DNA from: Sulfuricurvum sp.
Lineage (GTDB): Bacteria; Campylobacterota; Campylobacteria; Campylobacterales; Sulfurimonadaceae
Strand: one strand, 5' to 3'
DNA: 44,136 nucleotides
Assembly (NCBI RefSeq): GCF_014764105.1
Contig: NZ_JACXUF010000001.1
Below the pieces are notes generated by a model. It was given only the letters and a program-made list of their open reading frames with translations, was not told the origin of the DNA and did no database searches. Below are positions 20,761 to 31,198 of the stretch, piece by piece. Within the stretch, counting starts at the first letter, position 1. The number at the start of each line of letters is the position of its first letter. The translations under genes and the position numbers were made by a program.

Positions 20761-21168
20761 ATGCAATACTTTTACCTTTATCGGCATATCATCCTCACCG
20801 TCGTATTGTTTGCTCTGATTACGGCGATATCCCTCACATTCCGTCAACAGATCGAGATGGTCAATATTATTTTGATCCATCTTCTCCCCGTCATCGTGAT
20901 TGCTCTGCGCGGGGATATCCGAACCACGTTTATCACTACCACCATCTCTATTTTACTTTTGGCACTCTATATCCCTCCGACGCTCAGCTTGATCGTACAT
21001 GAGATGATTTATATCTGGAGTTTTATTATCTTTTACATTGTGGGGTATATCATCACGATACAAGCCAAACTGATTCACCTCAACAGCATGAAAGAGATTC
21101 TCTATCACACCCTCTCGCATGATCTCAAAACTCCCCTCTCCTCTATCATGGGAAATTCACTTTTATGA
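20761..21168 (+). pseudogene. kdpD: Truncated KdpD-like sensor kinase (DUF4118 membrane domain plus start of HisKA)
   Basis: Four TM helices, then TLSHDLKTPLSSIMG H-box and an immediate stop; no HATPase domain. Confidence 0.72.
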
Positions 21169-21426
21169 AAGAATCAACTCCAATCAAACTCACACCGACA
21201 GAGTTCAGCCTCCTCAAATATCTGATGCTCAACCGCAACCAAGTTCTCACGCACAGTAAAATACTCAAAGAGGTATGGGGAGTAGGGTATCAGCATAAGA
21301 TGCAGTATTTGCGTACCTATATCAATTCCCTGCACAAAAAAAATCGAACCTGATCTCACCTCTCCCATCTATATCCAAACGGAGCTTGGGGTTGGATACC
21401 GATTTGTTTGCAATAATCCAAATTAA
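21165..21426 (+). pseudogene. kdpE: KdpE-like response regulator C-terminal winged-helix fragment, frameshifted
   Basis: IKLTPTEFSLL..THSKILKEVWG..YLRTYI. After the A8 run (21336-21343) the next frame continues IEPDLTSPIYIQTELGVGYRF..* (TAA 21424-21426). No receiver domain. Confidence 0.8.
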
Positions 21427-21429
21427 AAA

Positions 21430-21571
21430 CTGACCTTACGCACTTGATGAAATCAATGGCAAAAAGGGTAGTTTTCTGCCATATCCGAAAGATATGGCAA
21501 GCTTTAGGGGGTTGTAGGGAGATTTGCCCCTGATGCTTTACGGGTTATGAACGTAAAGTGTGTAACATCGG
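21430..21571 (-). mobile_element. MITE-like repeat, best-preserved copy (142 bp)
   Basis: Imperfect 16-bp TIRs (ctgaccttacgcactt / ccgatgttacacactt), direct repeat TTAAAAA at 21423-21429 and 21572-21578, internal hairpins, no coding capacity of its own. Confidence 0.8.
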
Positions 21572-21648
21572 TTAAAAACAGTAATTTAGTATGGTATATT
21601 GTCTTTTTTCCGATTTGTTATTATACTTACCAAAAACAGGAATACTAC

Positions 21649-22572
21649 ATGAATATCGCTTCTAACATCACTGAGCTCATCGGCAACACTCCACTTGTCC
21701 GTCTCAATACTCCATCCAAAACATCTGGCGCAACGATATTGGGAAAATGTGAATTTATGAACCCTACCAGTTCGGTCAAAGATCGTATCGGTTTTAATAT
21801 GATCAAAACGGCGATGGATGAGGGAAAAATAAACAAAGAGACTCTAATCATTGAGCCGACAAGCGGAAATACAGGGATTGCACTCGCGTCCATTTGTGCA
21901 GCACTTGATCTCAAACTCACCCTTACTATGCCTGAATCGATGTCGATCGAACGTCGCAATCTTCTTCAGGCGCTTGGTGCCAACCTTGTTCTCACTCCAG
22001 CTTCACAGGGGATGAAAGGTGCCATCGATGAGGCCAATGCACTCGTTGCGGCAAATCCTAATGCCATTATCCTCCAACAGTTTGCCAACCCTGCCAATCC
22101 CGCCATTCATCGTGTCACTACCGCCCAAGAAATTTTGCGTGATACCGAGGGGAAAATCGATATTTTTGTTGCCGCCATCGGAACTGGAGGAACCATTACA
22201 GGAACAGGAGAGGCACTTAGAACAGCTTTGCCGAACATTCAAATTATCGCCGTCGAACCCAAAGATTCCGCCGTCCTCTCCGGCGGCAAACCAGGACCTC
22301 ATAAAATCCAAGGGATTGGAGCGGGTTTTGTACCCCAAGTACTCAATACCAATCTCTACAACGAAATCATTACCGTAACCAACGAAGAGGCTATCGCCGC
22401 ATCCAAAGCGCTTGCCAAAACCGAAGGGTTGTTGGTAGGGATCTCAGCTGGGGCAAATGTTCACGCCGCATCACTAATCGCCGCGCGTCCTGAAAACAAA
22501 GGGAAAGTAATTGTCACGATTTTATGCGACACGGCAGAGCGCTATCTCAGCACTCCGCTATTTGAAGCATAA
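21649..22572 (+). CDS. cysK: Cysteine synthase A
   Basis: IGNTPLV, SVKDR (PLP lysine), EPTSGNTG, GTGGT, HKIQGIG, AERYLST. ATG 21649 has an RBS (agga); the longer ORF start lies in the repeat. Confidence 0.97.
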   Translation: MNIASNITELIGNTPLVRLNTPSKTSGATILGKCEFMNPTSSVKDRIGFNMIKTAMDEGKINKETLIIEPTSGNTGIALASICAALDLKLTLTMPESMSIERRNLLQALGANLVLTPASQGMKGAIDEANALVAANPNAIILQQFANPANPAIHRVTTAQEILRDTEGKIDIFVAAIGTGGTITGTGEALRTALPNIQIIAVEPKDSAVLSGGKPGPHKIQGIGAGFVPQVLNTNLYNEIITVTNEEAIAASKALAKTEGLLVGISAGANVHAASLIAARPENKGKVIVTILCDTAERYLSTPLFEA

Positions 22573-23153
22573 TGCTCTTAGAGACGATCCGGTGCGATTT
22601 TGGGGAGGCACTTCACCTCTCCTATCACCAACAACGGCTGGATAGATCACTCAAACAGCTCGGATGCTCTACCCACTATGATCTGCACGCACTTATTTCT
22701 CCACCCAATGACACACTCTACCGATGCCGTTTTCTTTACGATTCGCTCCAATATTCGGTCGAATTCATCCCCTACACGCCTCGATCTGTCACGTCTCTTA
22801 AACTTGTTTACGACGATACCATCGAGTACCCTCTCAAATACTCCGATCGGGCGCACTTAAACACCCTTTACGAGCTTAGAGGTGTATGCGATGATGTGTT
22901 GATTGTAAAAAACGGACTTTTAAGCGACACTACGATCGCCAATATCGCCCTTAAAATTGATAATCGCTGGTACACACCTCAATCCCCTTTATTGGAGGGG
23001 ACGACAAGGGCTAGACTCATTGATGATGGTTTTTTATTAACCGCACCCCTCACCCCTTTTGATATTGCCAAAAGCAGCTCTGTCGCCATCATGAACGCCA
23101 TGGTTGGATTCTTTGAAGTCGAAAATGGTATAATTCGCCAAAAACAGGTTTGA
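22572..23153 (+). CDS. Aminotransferase class IV family (short PabC/ADC-lyase-like)
   Basis: LLETI, YHQQRL, KYSDR, DTTIANI, LLEGTTRARL. Confidence 0.82.
   Translation: MLLETIRCDFGEALHLSYHQQRLDRSLKQLGCSTHYDLHALISPPNDTLYRCRFLYDSLQYSVEFIPYTPRSVTSLKLVYDDTIEYPLKYSDRAHLNTLYELRGVCDDVLIVKNGLLSDTTIANIALKIDNRWYTPQSPLLEGTTRARLIDDGFLLTAPLTPFDIAKSSSVAIMNAMVGFFEVENGIIRQKQV
23126..23134 (+). promoter_or_regulatory. Extended -10 promoter for the 23158 gene, inside the 3' end of the upstream gene
   Basis: TGGTATAAT (TGnTATAAT) 23 nt before the ATG. Confidence 0.5.
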
Positions 23154-23157
23154 ATGC

Positions 23158-23619
23158 ATGTTATTTGATATCATTAAAAGCCCTTCATATGCACAATTGA
23201 TGAAAAATCATCTGCGAGACATGTTGATTTATCTGTTCGAAAATGATCAAAATTTCGGTATTTTATGTAAAATCGAATATGTAACTTTCGATCCTCAACT
23301 CCCCAAACATGTGAGTGATGAATTTCGAGCGATAACCCTCTTTTTTCTCGCAGGGTACACGTTTGAAAGCGCCCGTATCGATGGCGATACTCTGATTTTT
23401 GAAGCGGGATTCGGTCAAGAGAACATCGGAAGTTTTGTCTCCGTCCCTTTGCTCTCTATCGTACAAATTATTATCGATGATACACCAGCATTTGTCAATC
23501 TTGCACTTCCACAAGAGCATCACAACTTGGTTAATATTGAGAAAAGTGAAGGGATTCAAAATTCGATGAGTGCCCTCTTATCGAATCCAGAAAATCAAAA
23601 GTTTTTGAAGAAAAAGTGA
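23158..23619 (+). CDS. Conserved hypothetical protein
   Basis: 153-aa ORF with LFFLAGYTFES and FEAGFG.EN motifs, recalled as conserved in Campylobacterota; function unknown. Confidence 0.8.
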   Translation: MLFDIIKSPSYAQLMKNHLRDMLIYLFENDQNFGILCKIEYVTFDPQLPKHVSDEFRAITLFFLAGYTFESARIDGDTLIFEAGFGQENIGSFVSVPLLSIVQIIIDDTPAFVNLALPQEHHNLVNIEKSEGIQNSMSALLSNPENQKFLKKK

Positions 23620-23624
23620 TACTA

Positions 23625-23663
23625 CACCCCTCTGCCCTAAGCAAGTCAAAGGGTAGCGGGGTG
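23625..23663. terminator. GC-rich hairpin between convergent genes
   Basis: cacccctctgccct ... agggtagcggggtg, 14-bp stem with 12 Watson-Crick pairs. Confidence 0.55.
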
Positions 23664-23668
23664 GTCTA

Positions 23669-24568
23669 TTAGAGCTTTAATCCCAGCAGGTAATTAACAA
23701 CATTATCGATAAACGCATCGTGTTTACGCTCTTTGCTGTAGGCGATGTAAAATTTGCGCTTGATTTTATAGTTTCTTATCCGCGCTTCAAACAATCTTCC
23801 CTCTTCCACCTCATCACTGATAACGTGGCGGGAAATAACCGATACAACTGGACGTGTGGCATCTTTAGGTGAGCGCATTAGCGTCTCCTTAATCGCGGTC
23901 GAACTCGCAACAACTCCGATTACGTTAAAACCTGAACACTCAACTCCAATCTCTTCAAACACTTCCGCCGTCAATTTACGGGTATGGGAGTTCTCATCAC
24001 GGCAAATCCAATCAAATTTGTACATATCCTCTTTACGAAGCTGTTTTGGGATCGGCTGATTGGAGAATACAACCAACTCATCCTCTTCCCATTCACGATA
24101 AATTAATCCGTCGCGAAAAACAGGAGATTCAATCAAGGCGATATCAATTTTTTTGTCCAGTAGCTGATCGATAATCTCTTCGGAAAACGCAACACGGATA
24201 TGCACTTCGTTGTTGATTTTTTCTTTGAGCTGTCCCAAATACGACGGCAACACATAGTTTCCAATCGCATACGAAGCACCGACAATAAAGGTAAACTCTT
24301 TATTAATAATCTTGAGTACCTCTTTTTCGGAAGTTTGAATCGCTTTTTCAAGCTTGGTAGCAATCCGATAGAGATCTTCTCCCTCTTTCGTAAGCCTAAT
24401 CCCATTCTTCTTCCGCTCTAACACACGCGTATCGAGATAATCCTCGATAAATTTGATCTGCTGTGTCACCGCAGGCTGTGAAATACCCAGTTTCGCCGAC
24501 GCTTTAGAAAAACTTTTTTCACGCACCACCGTTAAAAAAGTCATCAATTTGGCAAAATCTTTTAACAC
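23669..24568 (-). CDS. LysR-family transcriptional regulator (CysL/CbbR-like)
   Basis: SFSKAS..LGISQPAVTQQIK HTH, LT.EG, RDENSHTR substrate-domain motif; GTG start. Confidence 0.93.
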   Translation of the reverse strand: MLKDFAKLMTFLTVVREKSFSKASAKLGISQPAVTQQIKFIEDYLDTRVLERKKNGIRLTKEGEDLYRIATKLEKAIQTSEKEVLKIINKEFTFIVGASYAIGNYVLPSYLGQLKEKINNEVHIRVAFSEEIIDQLLDKKIDIALIESPVFRDGLIYREWEEDELVVFSNQPIPKQLRKEDMYKFDWICRDENSHTRKLTAEVFEEIGVECSGFNVIGVVASSTAIKETLMRSPKDATRPVVSVISRHVISDEVEEGRLFEARIRNYKIKRKFYIAYSKERKHDAFIDNVVNYLLGLKL

Positions 24569-24733
24569 AATAATTCCTATAAGTTGAATGAATAGTAGTA
24601 TTATAACCCAATATTATAATCAATGCAAGAGTTATCATTCTATTTTTATATTTGCAAAAAGGCGAATTTAAAAAACAGAAAAGTTGGGCTATAATAAATC
24701 CGTACTAATAACCACGATCAAGGCAAAAACGGC

Positions 24734-26782
24734 ATGGATGACATTCTTTCCACTCTTAACGAAGCACAACGGAGTGCGGTGGAGCAGATCGATGGTCCTT
24801 TGCTTATTCTTGCGGGGGCGGGGAGTGGCAAAACCAAAACCATCACGACACGACTGGCGTATCTTCTTGATCAAGTCGGTATCCCCGCTGGTAATATTTT
24901 GACCCTCACCTTTACCAATAAAGCGGCAAAAGAGATGCGGGAGCGGGCAATGGGGCTTATCACCCAAAGCTCATTCCCACCACTACTCTGTACGTTTCAC
25001 AAATTCGGACTGCTGTTTTTAAAATTTCATATCCATTTGCTCGGACGAGGGAATAATTTCGTCGTAATTGACACTGACGACAAAAAAAAGATCATCAAAA
25101 AAATCAATGCCGATTTACCGACCGCGTTGATCGCGAGTGAAATTTCCCGTTATAAAAACTCGCTCATTAATCCTGCCGAAGCGTATGCTCAAGCAGAGCT
25201 GACCAACTACAAACATATCGCTAAAATTTATGAAGAGTACGAAGCCTATCTCCTCGCAAACAACCTTGTCGATTTTGACGATCTGCTCTGTCTCACCTAC
25301 AAATTGCTCGATGAGCACACCGATTTATGTCGCCAAACCTCTGAAAAATACCAATACATCATGATCGATGAGTACCAAGACACCAATGAACTCCAATTCC
25401 GATTACTCCAAAAACTCTGTTCTACCCACAACAACCTCTGCGTAGTAGGGGATGATGATCAGAGCATTTACGGATGGCGGGGAGCACACGTTCGCAATAT
25501 CCTCGAATTCAATCACGATTTCGAAGATGCCATGGTGGTCAAACTAGAGCATAATTACCGCTCGACACAGCCTATTTTAACCGTTGCCAACGCATTAATT
25601 GAACACAACCGCTCCCGTCTTGGCAAAACCCTCATCGCCACCAAAAGTGGAGGCGATGACGTTCAAACCATCACTTCGCACGATGAGTCCGAAGAGTCCC
25701 AAAAAATCGCCAAAGCAATCAAAGGGCTTATTGAACGTGGTGTCCGTCCCAACGAAATCGCCGTGCTCTATCGTATCAATGCCCTAAGCCGCTCACTCGA
25801 AGATGGTCTTAACCGTGTCGGTGTCCCCTACAAGCTCGTCGGCGGACTCCGTTTTTATGACCGAGCGGAGATCAAAGATCTAATTAGCTATCTAAGGGTT
25901 ATTACCAATGTTCATGACAATTTTTCGCTGAAACGGATCATTAATAAACCCAAGCGGGGGCTTGGAAAAGCAACCATCGATAAAATCGAGCTCTCCTCCA
26001 TCGAAGCAGGGAAATCGATGTTTGAATTTATCTCCACCCTTAGTGACAACGAACTCGAATCGCTTGTGCGGAAAAAATGCGCAGTAGAACTGCGCGATTT
26101 CGTCTCCGAAATTCTCGAACTTCGCCGCGTCTCCGAAGAGGCGATTTACCACTTTATCGATCTTCTCGAAGAGCGATTTAAAATCAAAGAGGCCCTTCAC
26201 GGACTCCCTGATGAAGCCGAAAAAGTGGCCAACGTCGATGAGTTTTACGGACTCTTCCGCGATTACGTTAAACAAAATCCAGATGCCTCGCTTCCGGAGT
26301 TTCTCAATGACATTACGTTGCAAAGCGATCAAGATCAGGTTGAGGGTGAAAGCATCTACATCATGAGCATCCACGCCTCCAAAGGGTTGGAGTTCGAACA
26401 CATTTTCGTCATCGGACTCGAAGAGGGATTCTTGCCCCTAATCGGAGATGGCAGCGATTTAGAAGAGGAGCGCCGTTTGGGCTATGTCGCCTTTACTCGC
26501 GCCAAAACCCACCTCACCCTCTCAAACGTCGAGAGCCGTTTTTACAAAGGGCGCCGTACCGATCTACAAAAAAGCCGTTTTATAAACGAAGCGGGATTGT
26601 GCGAAGGATCGCTAATTGTGGAAAAAAATACCTCTTACAAAAAAGGGGATTTGGTGCGCCACAAAATCTTCGGTGCCGGACGGGTCGAGGGGGTGAGCAA
26701 AGCGGGACGGGAGTTCAAACTCTCCATCAACTTCGGCGGTAACAAACGGGAAATCCTCGCTTCATTCGTGGAGAAACTCTGA
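24734..26782 (+). CDS. uvrD: UvrD/PcrA/Rep ATP-dependent DNA helicase
   Basis: AGAGSGKT, TFTNKAA, DEYQDTN, VGDDDQSIY.WRGA, NYRS, H.SKGLEF, EERRL.YVAFTRA. Confidence 0.95.
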   Translation: MDDILSTLNEAQRSAVEQIDGPLLILAGAGSGKTKTITTRLAYLLDQVGIPAGNILTLTFTNKAAKEMRERAMGLITQSSFPPLLCTFHKFGLLFLKFHIHLLGRGNNFVVIDTDDKKKIIKKINADLPTALIASEISRYKNSLINPAEAYAQAELTNYKHIAKIYEEYEAYLLANNLVDFDDLLCLTYKLLDEHTDLCRQTSEKYQYIMIDEYQDTNELQFRLLQKLCSTHNNLCVVGDDDQSIYGWRGAHVRNILEFNHDFEDAMVVKLEHNYRSTQPILTVANALIEHNRSRLGKTLIATKSGGDDVQTITSHDESEESQKIAKAIKGLIERGVRPNEIAVLYRINALSRSLEDGLNRVGVPYKLVGGLRFYDRAEIKDLISYLRVITNVHDNFSLKRIINKPKRGLGKATIDKIELSSIEAGKSMFEFISTLSDNELESLVRKKCAVELRDFVSEILELRRVSEEAIYHFIDLLEERFKIKEALHGLPDEAEKVANVDEFYGLFRDYVKQNPDASLPEFLNDITLQSDQDQVEGESIYIMSIHASKGLEFEHIFVIGLEEGFLPLIGDGSDLEEERRLGYVAFTRAKTHLTLSNVESRFYKGRRTDLQKSRFINEAGLCEGSLIVEKNTSYKKGDLVRHKIFGAGRVEGVSKAGREFKLSINFGGNKREILASFVEKL

Positions 26783-27604
26783 TTGAACCGTCTCTTCGTC
26801 GCCTATAAACCTGCCAGAATCAGCTCCAACCAGCTCCTCGGTCGCCTTAAACGACGCTACGGAGTCAAAAAAGCGGGCTATTCTGGCACCCTCGATCCCT
26901 TTGCCAAAGGGGTACTCATTGTTGCGTTTGGTAATCACGGACGGTTGTTTCGTTTTTTAAACAAAACCCCCAAGCGCTACCGTGCGACATTGTGGCTCGG
27001 GGCCTACTCACCCACCCTTGATATCGAAAAAATCGAGACCATTGATCATGTCGCCCCAGTTAGTGAAGAGGAGATTTGCAACGCCTGCACCTCCCTCATT
27101 GGTGAGCTTACCTATCTACCCCCCAAATACAGCGCCAAAAAGATTGATGGCCGCCGTGCCTATGAACTGGCACGGGAGGGGAAAGAGGTTGATATGCGTG
27201 CTATCACCTCGACCATCTATGATCTTTCTCTTATTCACTATTGCCACCCTTTCATCACCTTTGAAGCGACCGTTTCCGAGGGGAGCTATATCCGCTCTAT
27301 AGGGGAGATCATCGCTCACCGTCTCGGTTGCAACGGTTCTCTTAGTGCATTGGAGCGACTCAATGAGGGGCAATTTGTCTTTGAGAACGAAAAAGCCCTC
27401 GATATCAAAACTTCTCTATCCATCCCTAAAAATCGCTATAATGGCACATTACAAACGATCCTTTTAGGACAGCCTCTCCAACGTGATGATTTTGATCTCC
27501 GCGAGGATGGAATATACTGGATCGACAATGGCGACACACTCTCAATTATCGAGATCCATCCCGAGGGTGTCTCCTATCTACTAAACAAGGTTGAAGCATG
27601 CTAA
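26783..27604 (+). CDS. truB: tRNA pseudouridine(55) synthase
   Basis: KAGYSGTLDPFAKG, PPKYSAKKIDGRRAY, SEGSYIRS; TTG start. Confidence 0.96.
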   Translation: MNRLFVAYKPARISSNQLLGRLKRRYGVKKAGYSGTLDPFAKGVLIVAFGNHGRLFRFLNKTPKRYRATLWLGAYSPTLDIEKIETIDHVAPVSEEEICNACTSLIGELTYLPPKYSAKKIDGRRAYELAREGKEVDMRAITSTIYDLSLIHYCHPFITFEATVSEGSYIRSIGEIIAHRLGCNGSLSALERLNEGQFVFENEKALDIKTSLSIPKNRYNGTLQTILLGQPLQRDDFDLREDGIYWIDNGDTLSIIEIHPEGVSYLLNKVEAC

Positions 27605-27831
27605 TCCTCTCCCGTAAAGCCGAAGAATCGATTATTATCGCCGATACCATCACTGTCAAAGTGGTCTCTATCGACAAAGGGGTGGTGAAACTGGGGATTG
27701 ATGCCCCCCATAATATTCGGGTCTTACGTAGCGAGCTCGTCCGCGCCGTCGAAAACTCCAACAAAGTCGCCTCAAAAGTCAAAAAGGATGAATCACTTCT
27801 CCAACAACTTACCCAAAAATTCAAATTATGA
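27598..27831 (+). CDS. csrA: Carbon storage regulator
   Basis: MLILSRK..ESI, VKLGIDAP..I.VLR.E, C-terminal extension. Confidence 0.95.
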   Translation: MLILSRKAEESIIIADTITVKVVSIDKGVVKLGIDAPHNIRVLRSELVRAVENSNKVASKVKKDESLLQQLTQKFKL

Positions 27832-28592
27832 TCCACTATAGAGCCTACGCCAAAGTCAATATTTTCCTCAAAATTACTGGGATAAGGGGAGATTACCATA
27901 CCTTGAGTTCCCGTTTTATGCAGGTTAATTCTCTTTTTGACACCCTCTGGTTTGAGAAAAAATCGACACCCGAATTTGAGATACGGGGAGATTTTGACTG
28001 CCCCGTCCACTCCAACACAATCTACAAAGCCTACAAATATCTCCAAAGCACTACCCACTCGGAGAAGCTCTCCCTCTTTTTTAAGAATCACGCTGTCTGC
28101 GTCAACAAAAAGATCCCCTCTTTCGCCGGTTTAGGCGGAGGAAGCTCCGATGCAGCGACATTTCTCAAAATGTGTAACGAAGAGCTGGAGTTAGGTCTAA
28201 GCACCATTGAACTTGCAGATATCGGTGCTAATGTCGGTGCTGATGTCCCCTTTTTCGTCTACGGCTATGCAAGTGCAAATGTTAGAGGGATAGGTGAGAT
28301 GGTTGAGCCTTTTGATGAGCCGCTGATCGATTTTGAGGTTATCACCCCCAACATCCGCATCAGCACTCCCGCCGTCTACCGCTACTACCGTGAGCACCTA
28401 TATGCTCCGATTAGCACCGAAGAAGCCACCCGATTAGAATCAACCTCGTCTCGTGAGATACTCGATTCGATAAGCCCTCTTGAAGCAAACGATCTATACC
28501 GCTCCGCACTCGGATGCTATAGCGAATTAGAGGAAAAAGAGGGATGGTTTTTCTCTGGAAGCGGAAGCAGTTTTTTTAGAATCAAGGAATAA
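27828..28592 (+). CDS. ispE: 4-diphosphocytidyl-2-C-methyl-D-erythritol kinase
   Basis: [33 protein letters not shown]. Confidence 0.96.
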   Translation: MIHYRAYAKVNIFLKITGIRGDYHTLSSRFMQVNSLFDTLWFEKKSTPEFEIRGDFDCPVHSNTIYKAYKYLQSTTHSEKLSLFFKNHAVCVNKKIPSFAGLGGGSSDAATFLKMCNEELELGLSTIELADIGANVGADVPFFVYGYASANVRGIGEMVEPFDEPLIDFEVITPNIRISTPAVYRYYREHLYAPISTEEATRLESTSSREILDSISPLEANDLYRSALGCYSELEEKEGWFFSGSGSSFFRIKE

Positions 28593-28594
28593 AC

Positions 28595-29047
28595 ATGGGC
28601 GAAAATATTGCCACCAATAAAAAAGCTTTTTTTGATTACCATATTGAAGAGAAATTTGAAGCGGGACTCGTCCTCAAAGGGTCCGAGGTCAAATCACTTC
28701 GTGCTGGACGGGTCAATCTCAAAGACGGATTTATCAAAATCGTTCGGGGTGAAGCGTTCGTATTTAACGTCCATATCGGAACACTCGATACAACCCACCG
28801 TTTTTATGCCCATGAGGAGCGAGGAAGCCGCAAACTTCTCCTTCATCAAAAACAAATTGACAAAATGTTCAAAGCGGTCGAGAAAGAGGGGTTTACCATT
28901 GTACCGCTTAGTATCTATTTCAACGACCGCAACATAGCCAAGATGCAAATCGCAATCGTTAAAGGGAAAAAGCTCTACGACAAACGGGAAGATTTGAAAG
29001 AGAAAAGCATTAAGCGCGATATAGAACGGGCATTTAAATGGGAATAA
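28595..29047 (+). CDS. smpB: SsrA-binding protein
   Basis: [35 protein letters not shown]. Confidence 0.98.
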   Translation: MGENIATNKKAFFDYHIEEKFEAGLVLKGSEVKSLRAGRVNLKDGFIKIVRGEAFVFNVHIGTLDTTHRFYAHEERGSRKLLLHQKQIDKMFKAVEKEGFTIVPLSIYFNDRNIAKMQIAIVKGKKLYDKREDLKEKSIKRDIERAFKWE

Positions 29048-29089
29048 TCTCAGGCTTGTTCAAATAAAAGGATAAGCTGGAAGATAATG

Positions 29090-29111
29090 TTGCCGCAAGA
29101 GAGCGCGGCAA
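29090..29111. terminator. Hairpin between convergent smpB and rplS
   Basis: ttgccgc-8 nt-gcggcaa perfect 7-bp stem, 6 nt after the rplS stop. Confidence 0.55.
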
Positions 29112-29117
29112 AGGGAT

Positions 29118-29477
29118 TTATTTGCGGCGAACCTCTTTAATACGTGCAGCTTTACCTGCAAGGTCACGAAGGTAGAATAATTTCGCGCGGCGTACACGAC
29201 CACGGCGAAGAACTTCGATTTTCTCAAGGCTGTCACTGTAGATTGGGAATACACGCTCGATACCAACACCGTTAGCACCGATTTTGCGTACAGTAATAGT
29301 TTTACCAGTACCTTCTCCACGGATAGATATGCAGATACCTTCGTAATTTTGTACGCGTGATTTGTCGCCCTCTTTGATAGTTACTGCCAAACGAAGAGTG
29401 TCGCCAGCACGGAACTCTGGAACGTTTTTACTAGCGATTTGTGCTTGCTCGAAACTTGCAATATACTTATTTTTCAT
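29118..29477 (-). CDS. rplS: 50S ribosomal protein L19
   Basis: [29 protein letters not shown]. Confidence 0.99.
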   Translation of the reverse strand: MKNKYIASFEQAQIASKNVPEFRAGDTLRLAVTIKEGDKSRVQNYEGICISIRGEGTGKTITVRKIGANGVGIERVFPIYSDSLEKIEVLRRGRVRRAKLFYLRDLAGKAARIKEVRRK

Positions 29478-30162
29478 AAGATGTCCTTATTTGATGCTTT
29501 TGAAGCTGCTCCGGTCTGAAGTATTTTGTTTTGCATTCAGACAGAGACGATTTTAGTGCACGAATTCTACTATGATTTCCCTTTAAGTATTCTGATGGAA
29601 CACTCATGTTCTCATATACAGGGGGTTTTCCAAACGAAGGAGCCTCCAAAAGTGGAGATTCGAAACTCTCATGCTCCAACGACTCACTGTTTCCCAAAAC
29701 CCCTTCAATGTTTCGAACGATCGCATCGGTCATTACGAGCGAAGGGAGTTCCCCTCCCGTGAGGATATAATCGCCGATACTGAACACTTCATCTCCAAAG
29801 CGCTCAACCACCCTCTCATCGATCCCCTCATAGCGACCGCTCACAAAAACCACATGAGTTTTTGATGAGAGACGCTTGGCATCGTTTTGGGTGAATTGTT
29901 TCCCTACTGGAGCAACAAAAATGATATGTGCATCTTCGGGCAATGTTTTCAGTGCATCGAACAACGGCTGAGGGGTCATCACCATCCCTGCACCGCCACC
30001 TACAGCAGTATCATCGACTTTGTGATGTTTTGATGTACTAAAATCTCTGGGATTGAGATAGGCGACCGAAAATTTCCCCGCTTCAATTCCACGCTTGAGG
30101 ATAGAGTCTTGGAAATACCCCTCGATCAGATTGGAGAAGATTGTAACATAGGTAAAGTGCAT
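29467..30162 (-). CDS. trmD: tRNA (guanine37-N1)-methyltransferase
   Basis: VDD...[26 protein letters not shown]. Confidence 0.98.
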   Translation of the reverse strand: MHFTYVTIFSNLIEGYFQDSILKRGIEAGKFSVAYLNPRDFSTSKHHKVDDTAVGGGAGMVMTPQPLFDALKTLPEDAHIIFVAPVGKQFTQNDAKRLSSKTHVVFVSGRYEGIDERVVERFGDEVFSIGDYILTGGELPSLVMTDAIVRNIEGVLGNSESLEHESFESPLLEAPSFGKPPVYENMSVPSEYLKGNHSRIRALKSSLSECKTKYFRPEQLQKHQIRTSYEK

Positions 30163-30716
30163 CAGGATGCCTCTAACAGATCCAATCCGCCCTCTACCGA
30201 TATGATTTTTGCATCGGGATTGCTGGAGAGGATAAAATGGTCAATGTAAGGGATTAAAAACGTTGCCGCCATCCCTTTTTCAACCCATACACCCTCTGTT
30301 GCCACCAACAGATAATCTTGTGCGCCAATCCGTTCAATCTCCTGAACTTTCCCCAAAAGGTTTCCGTTTTCAACGACACTGGCACCCAAAAGATCAAACC
30401 AGAAAAATTCCCCTTCATGCAAATTACATCGCTCACGTGTCGCTTCAAGTGTGGTATAAAGTTTAGCACTGGTAAGCGCTTTTGCTGCTTCGGGGGTATC
30501 AATCCCCTTGAACCGTACTAATCCCCGCTTCGGATTATACGAGAGCAACGTAATCTCACTGCCGTTTTCTAGGATAAAGGTCGAATTAGGGGCAAACTGT
30601 TCAGGAAAATCGGTGAATAGGTTTAGCTTCATATCCCCTTTTAGACCGACGGTGCGACCCAGTGTAGCGACATGAAGAAGATCAGCGGGCGCTGAATTAC
30701 AAAAGCGGTTCGACAT
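30162..30716 (-). CDS. rimM: Ribosome maturation factor RimM
   Basis: G..VGLKG, EGEFFWFDLLG, LIPY; position between khpA and trmD; start uncertain (ATG 30716 chosen). Confidence 0.92.
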   Translation of the reverse strand: MSNRFCNSAPADLLHVATLGRTVGLKGDMKLNLFTDFPEQFAPNSTFILENGSEITLLSYNPKRGLVRFKGIDTPEAAKALTSAKLYTTLEATRERCNLHEGEFFWFDLLGASVVENGNLLGKVQEIERIGAQDYLLVATEGVWVEKGMAATFLIPYIDHFILSSNPDAKIISVEGGLDLLEAS

Positions 30717-30936
30717 TAATTCGGTAACTTTTGCCATCTTTGGCTTTGCATCCAGAAATAACGGTCTTGATTGCACCGATCATTTTACCCTCTTTTCCAA
30801 TCAACTTACCGACATCGGCCTGATTCGCATACAAAACGATCTCAGTCACTTCGCCAGCTTCATGGGACTCTACCCGAATCTCTTCGGGATAGGAGGCGAT
30901 GAGTTTGGCAAAACCTGCGACGAAATCGGCTACCAT
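30697..30936 (-). CDS. khpA: KH-domain RNA-binding protein (KhpA/YlqC-like)
   Basis: DVGKLIGKEG GxxG loop; directly after rpsP. Confidence 0.88.
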   Translation of the reverse strand: MVADFVAGFAKLIASYPEEIRVESHEAGEVTEIVLYANQADVGKLIGKEGKMIGAIKTVISGCKAKDGKSYRINVEPLL

Positions 30937-30938
30937 GA

Positions 30939-31169
30939 TTATTTACCGGTAATTTTTTTAACTCGGTCTGACATTTGAGCACCAACGCTCAACCAATAGT
31001 TCAAACGCTCTTCATCTACTTTGACAGTGATAGGGTCTGTCATCGGGTTGTAGTAACCGATCAATTCGATCCAACCACCATCACGACGTTTGCGACTATC
31101 GGTTACCGCGATACGGTAGAAAGGTTGTTTTTTGCGTCCCATACGGGTAAGACGGATGACTGTTGCCAT
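30939..31169 (-). CDS. rpsP: 30S ribosomal protein S16
   Basis: [30 protein letters not shown]; ATG 31169 with aagga RBS. Confidence 0.99.
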   Translation of the reverse strand: MATVIRLTRMGRKKQPFYRIAVTDSRKRRDGGWIELIGYYNPMTDPITVKVDEERLNYWLSVGAQMSDRVKKITGK

Positions 31170-31198
31170 AGTATATTCCTTGTGTTTTTTTGTTTTCA

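Noticed and set aside
21547-21648. 34-aa N-terminal extension of cysK in the ORF track
   Set aside because: Starts inside the MITE-like repeat; ATG 21649 has an RBS and gives a normal CysK N-terminus
23669-24568. LysR as the direct regulator of nearby cysK
   Set aside because: Proximity only; it is divergent from uvrD and no supportable binding site was identified
29048-29117. tmRNA next to smpB
   Set aside because: Only 70 bp; contains just a terminator-like hairpin
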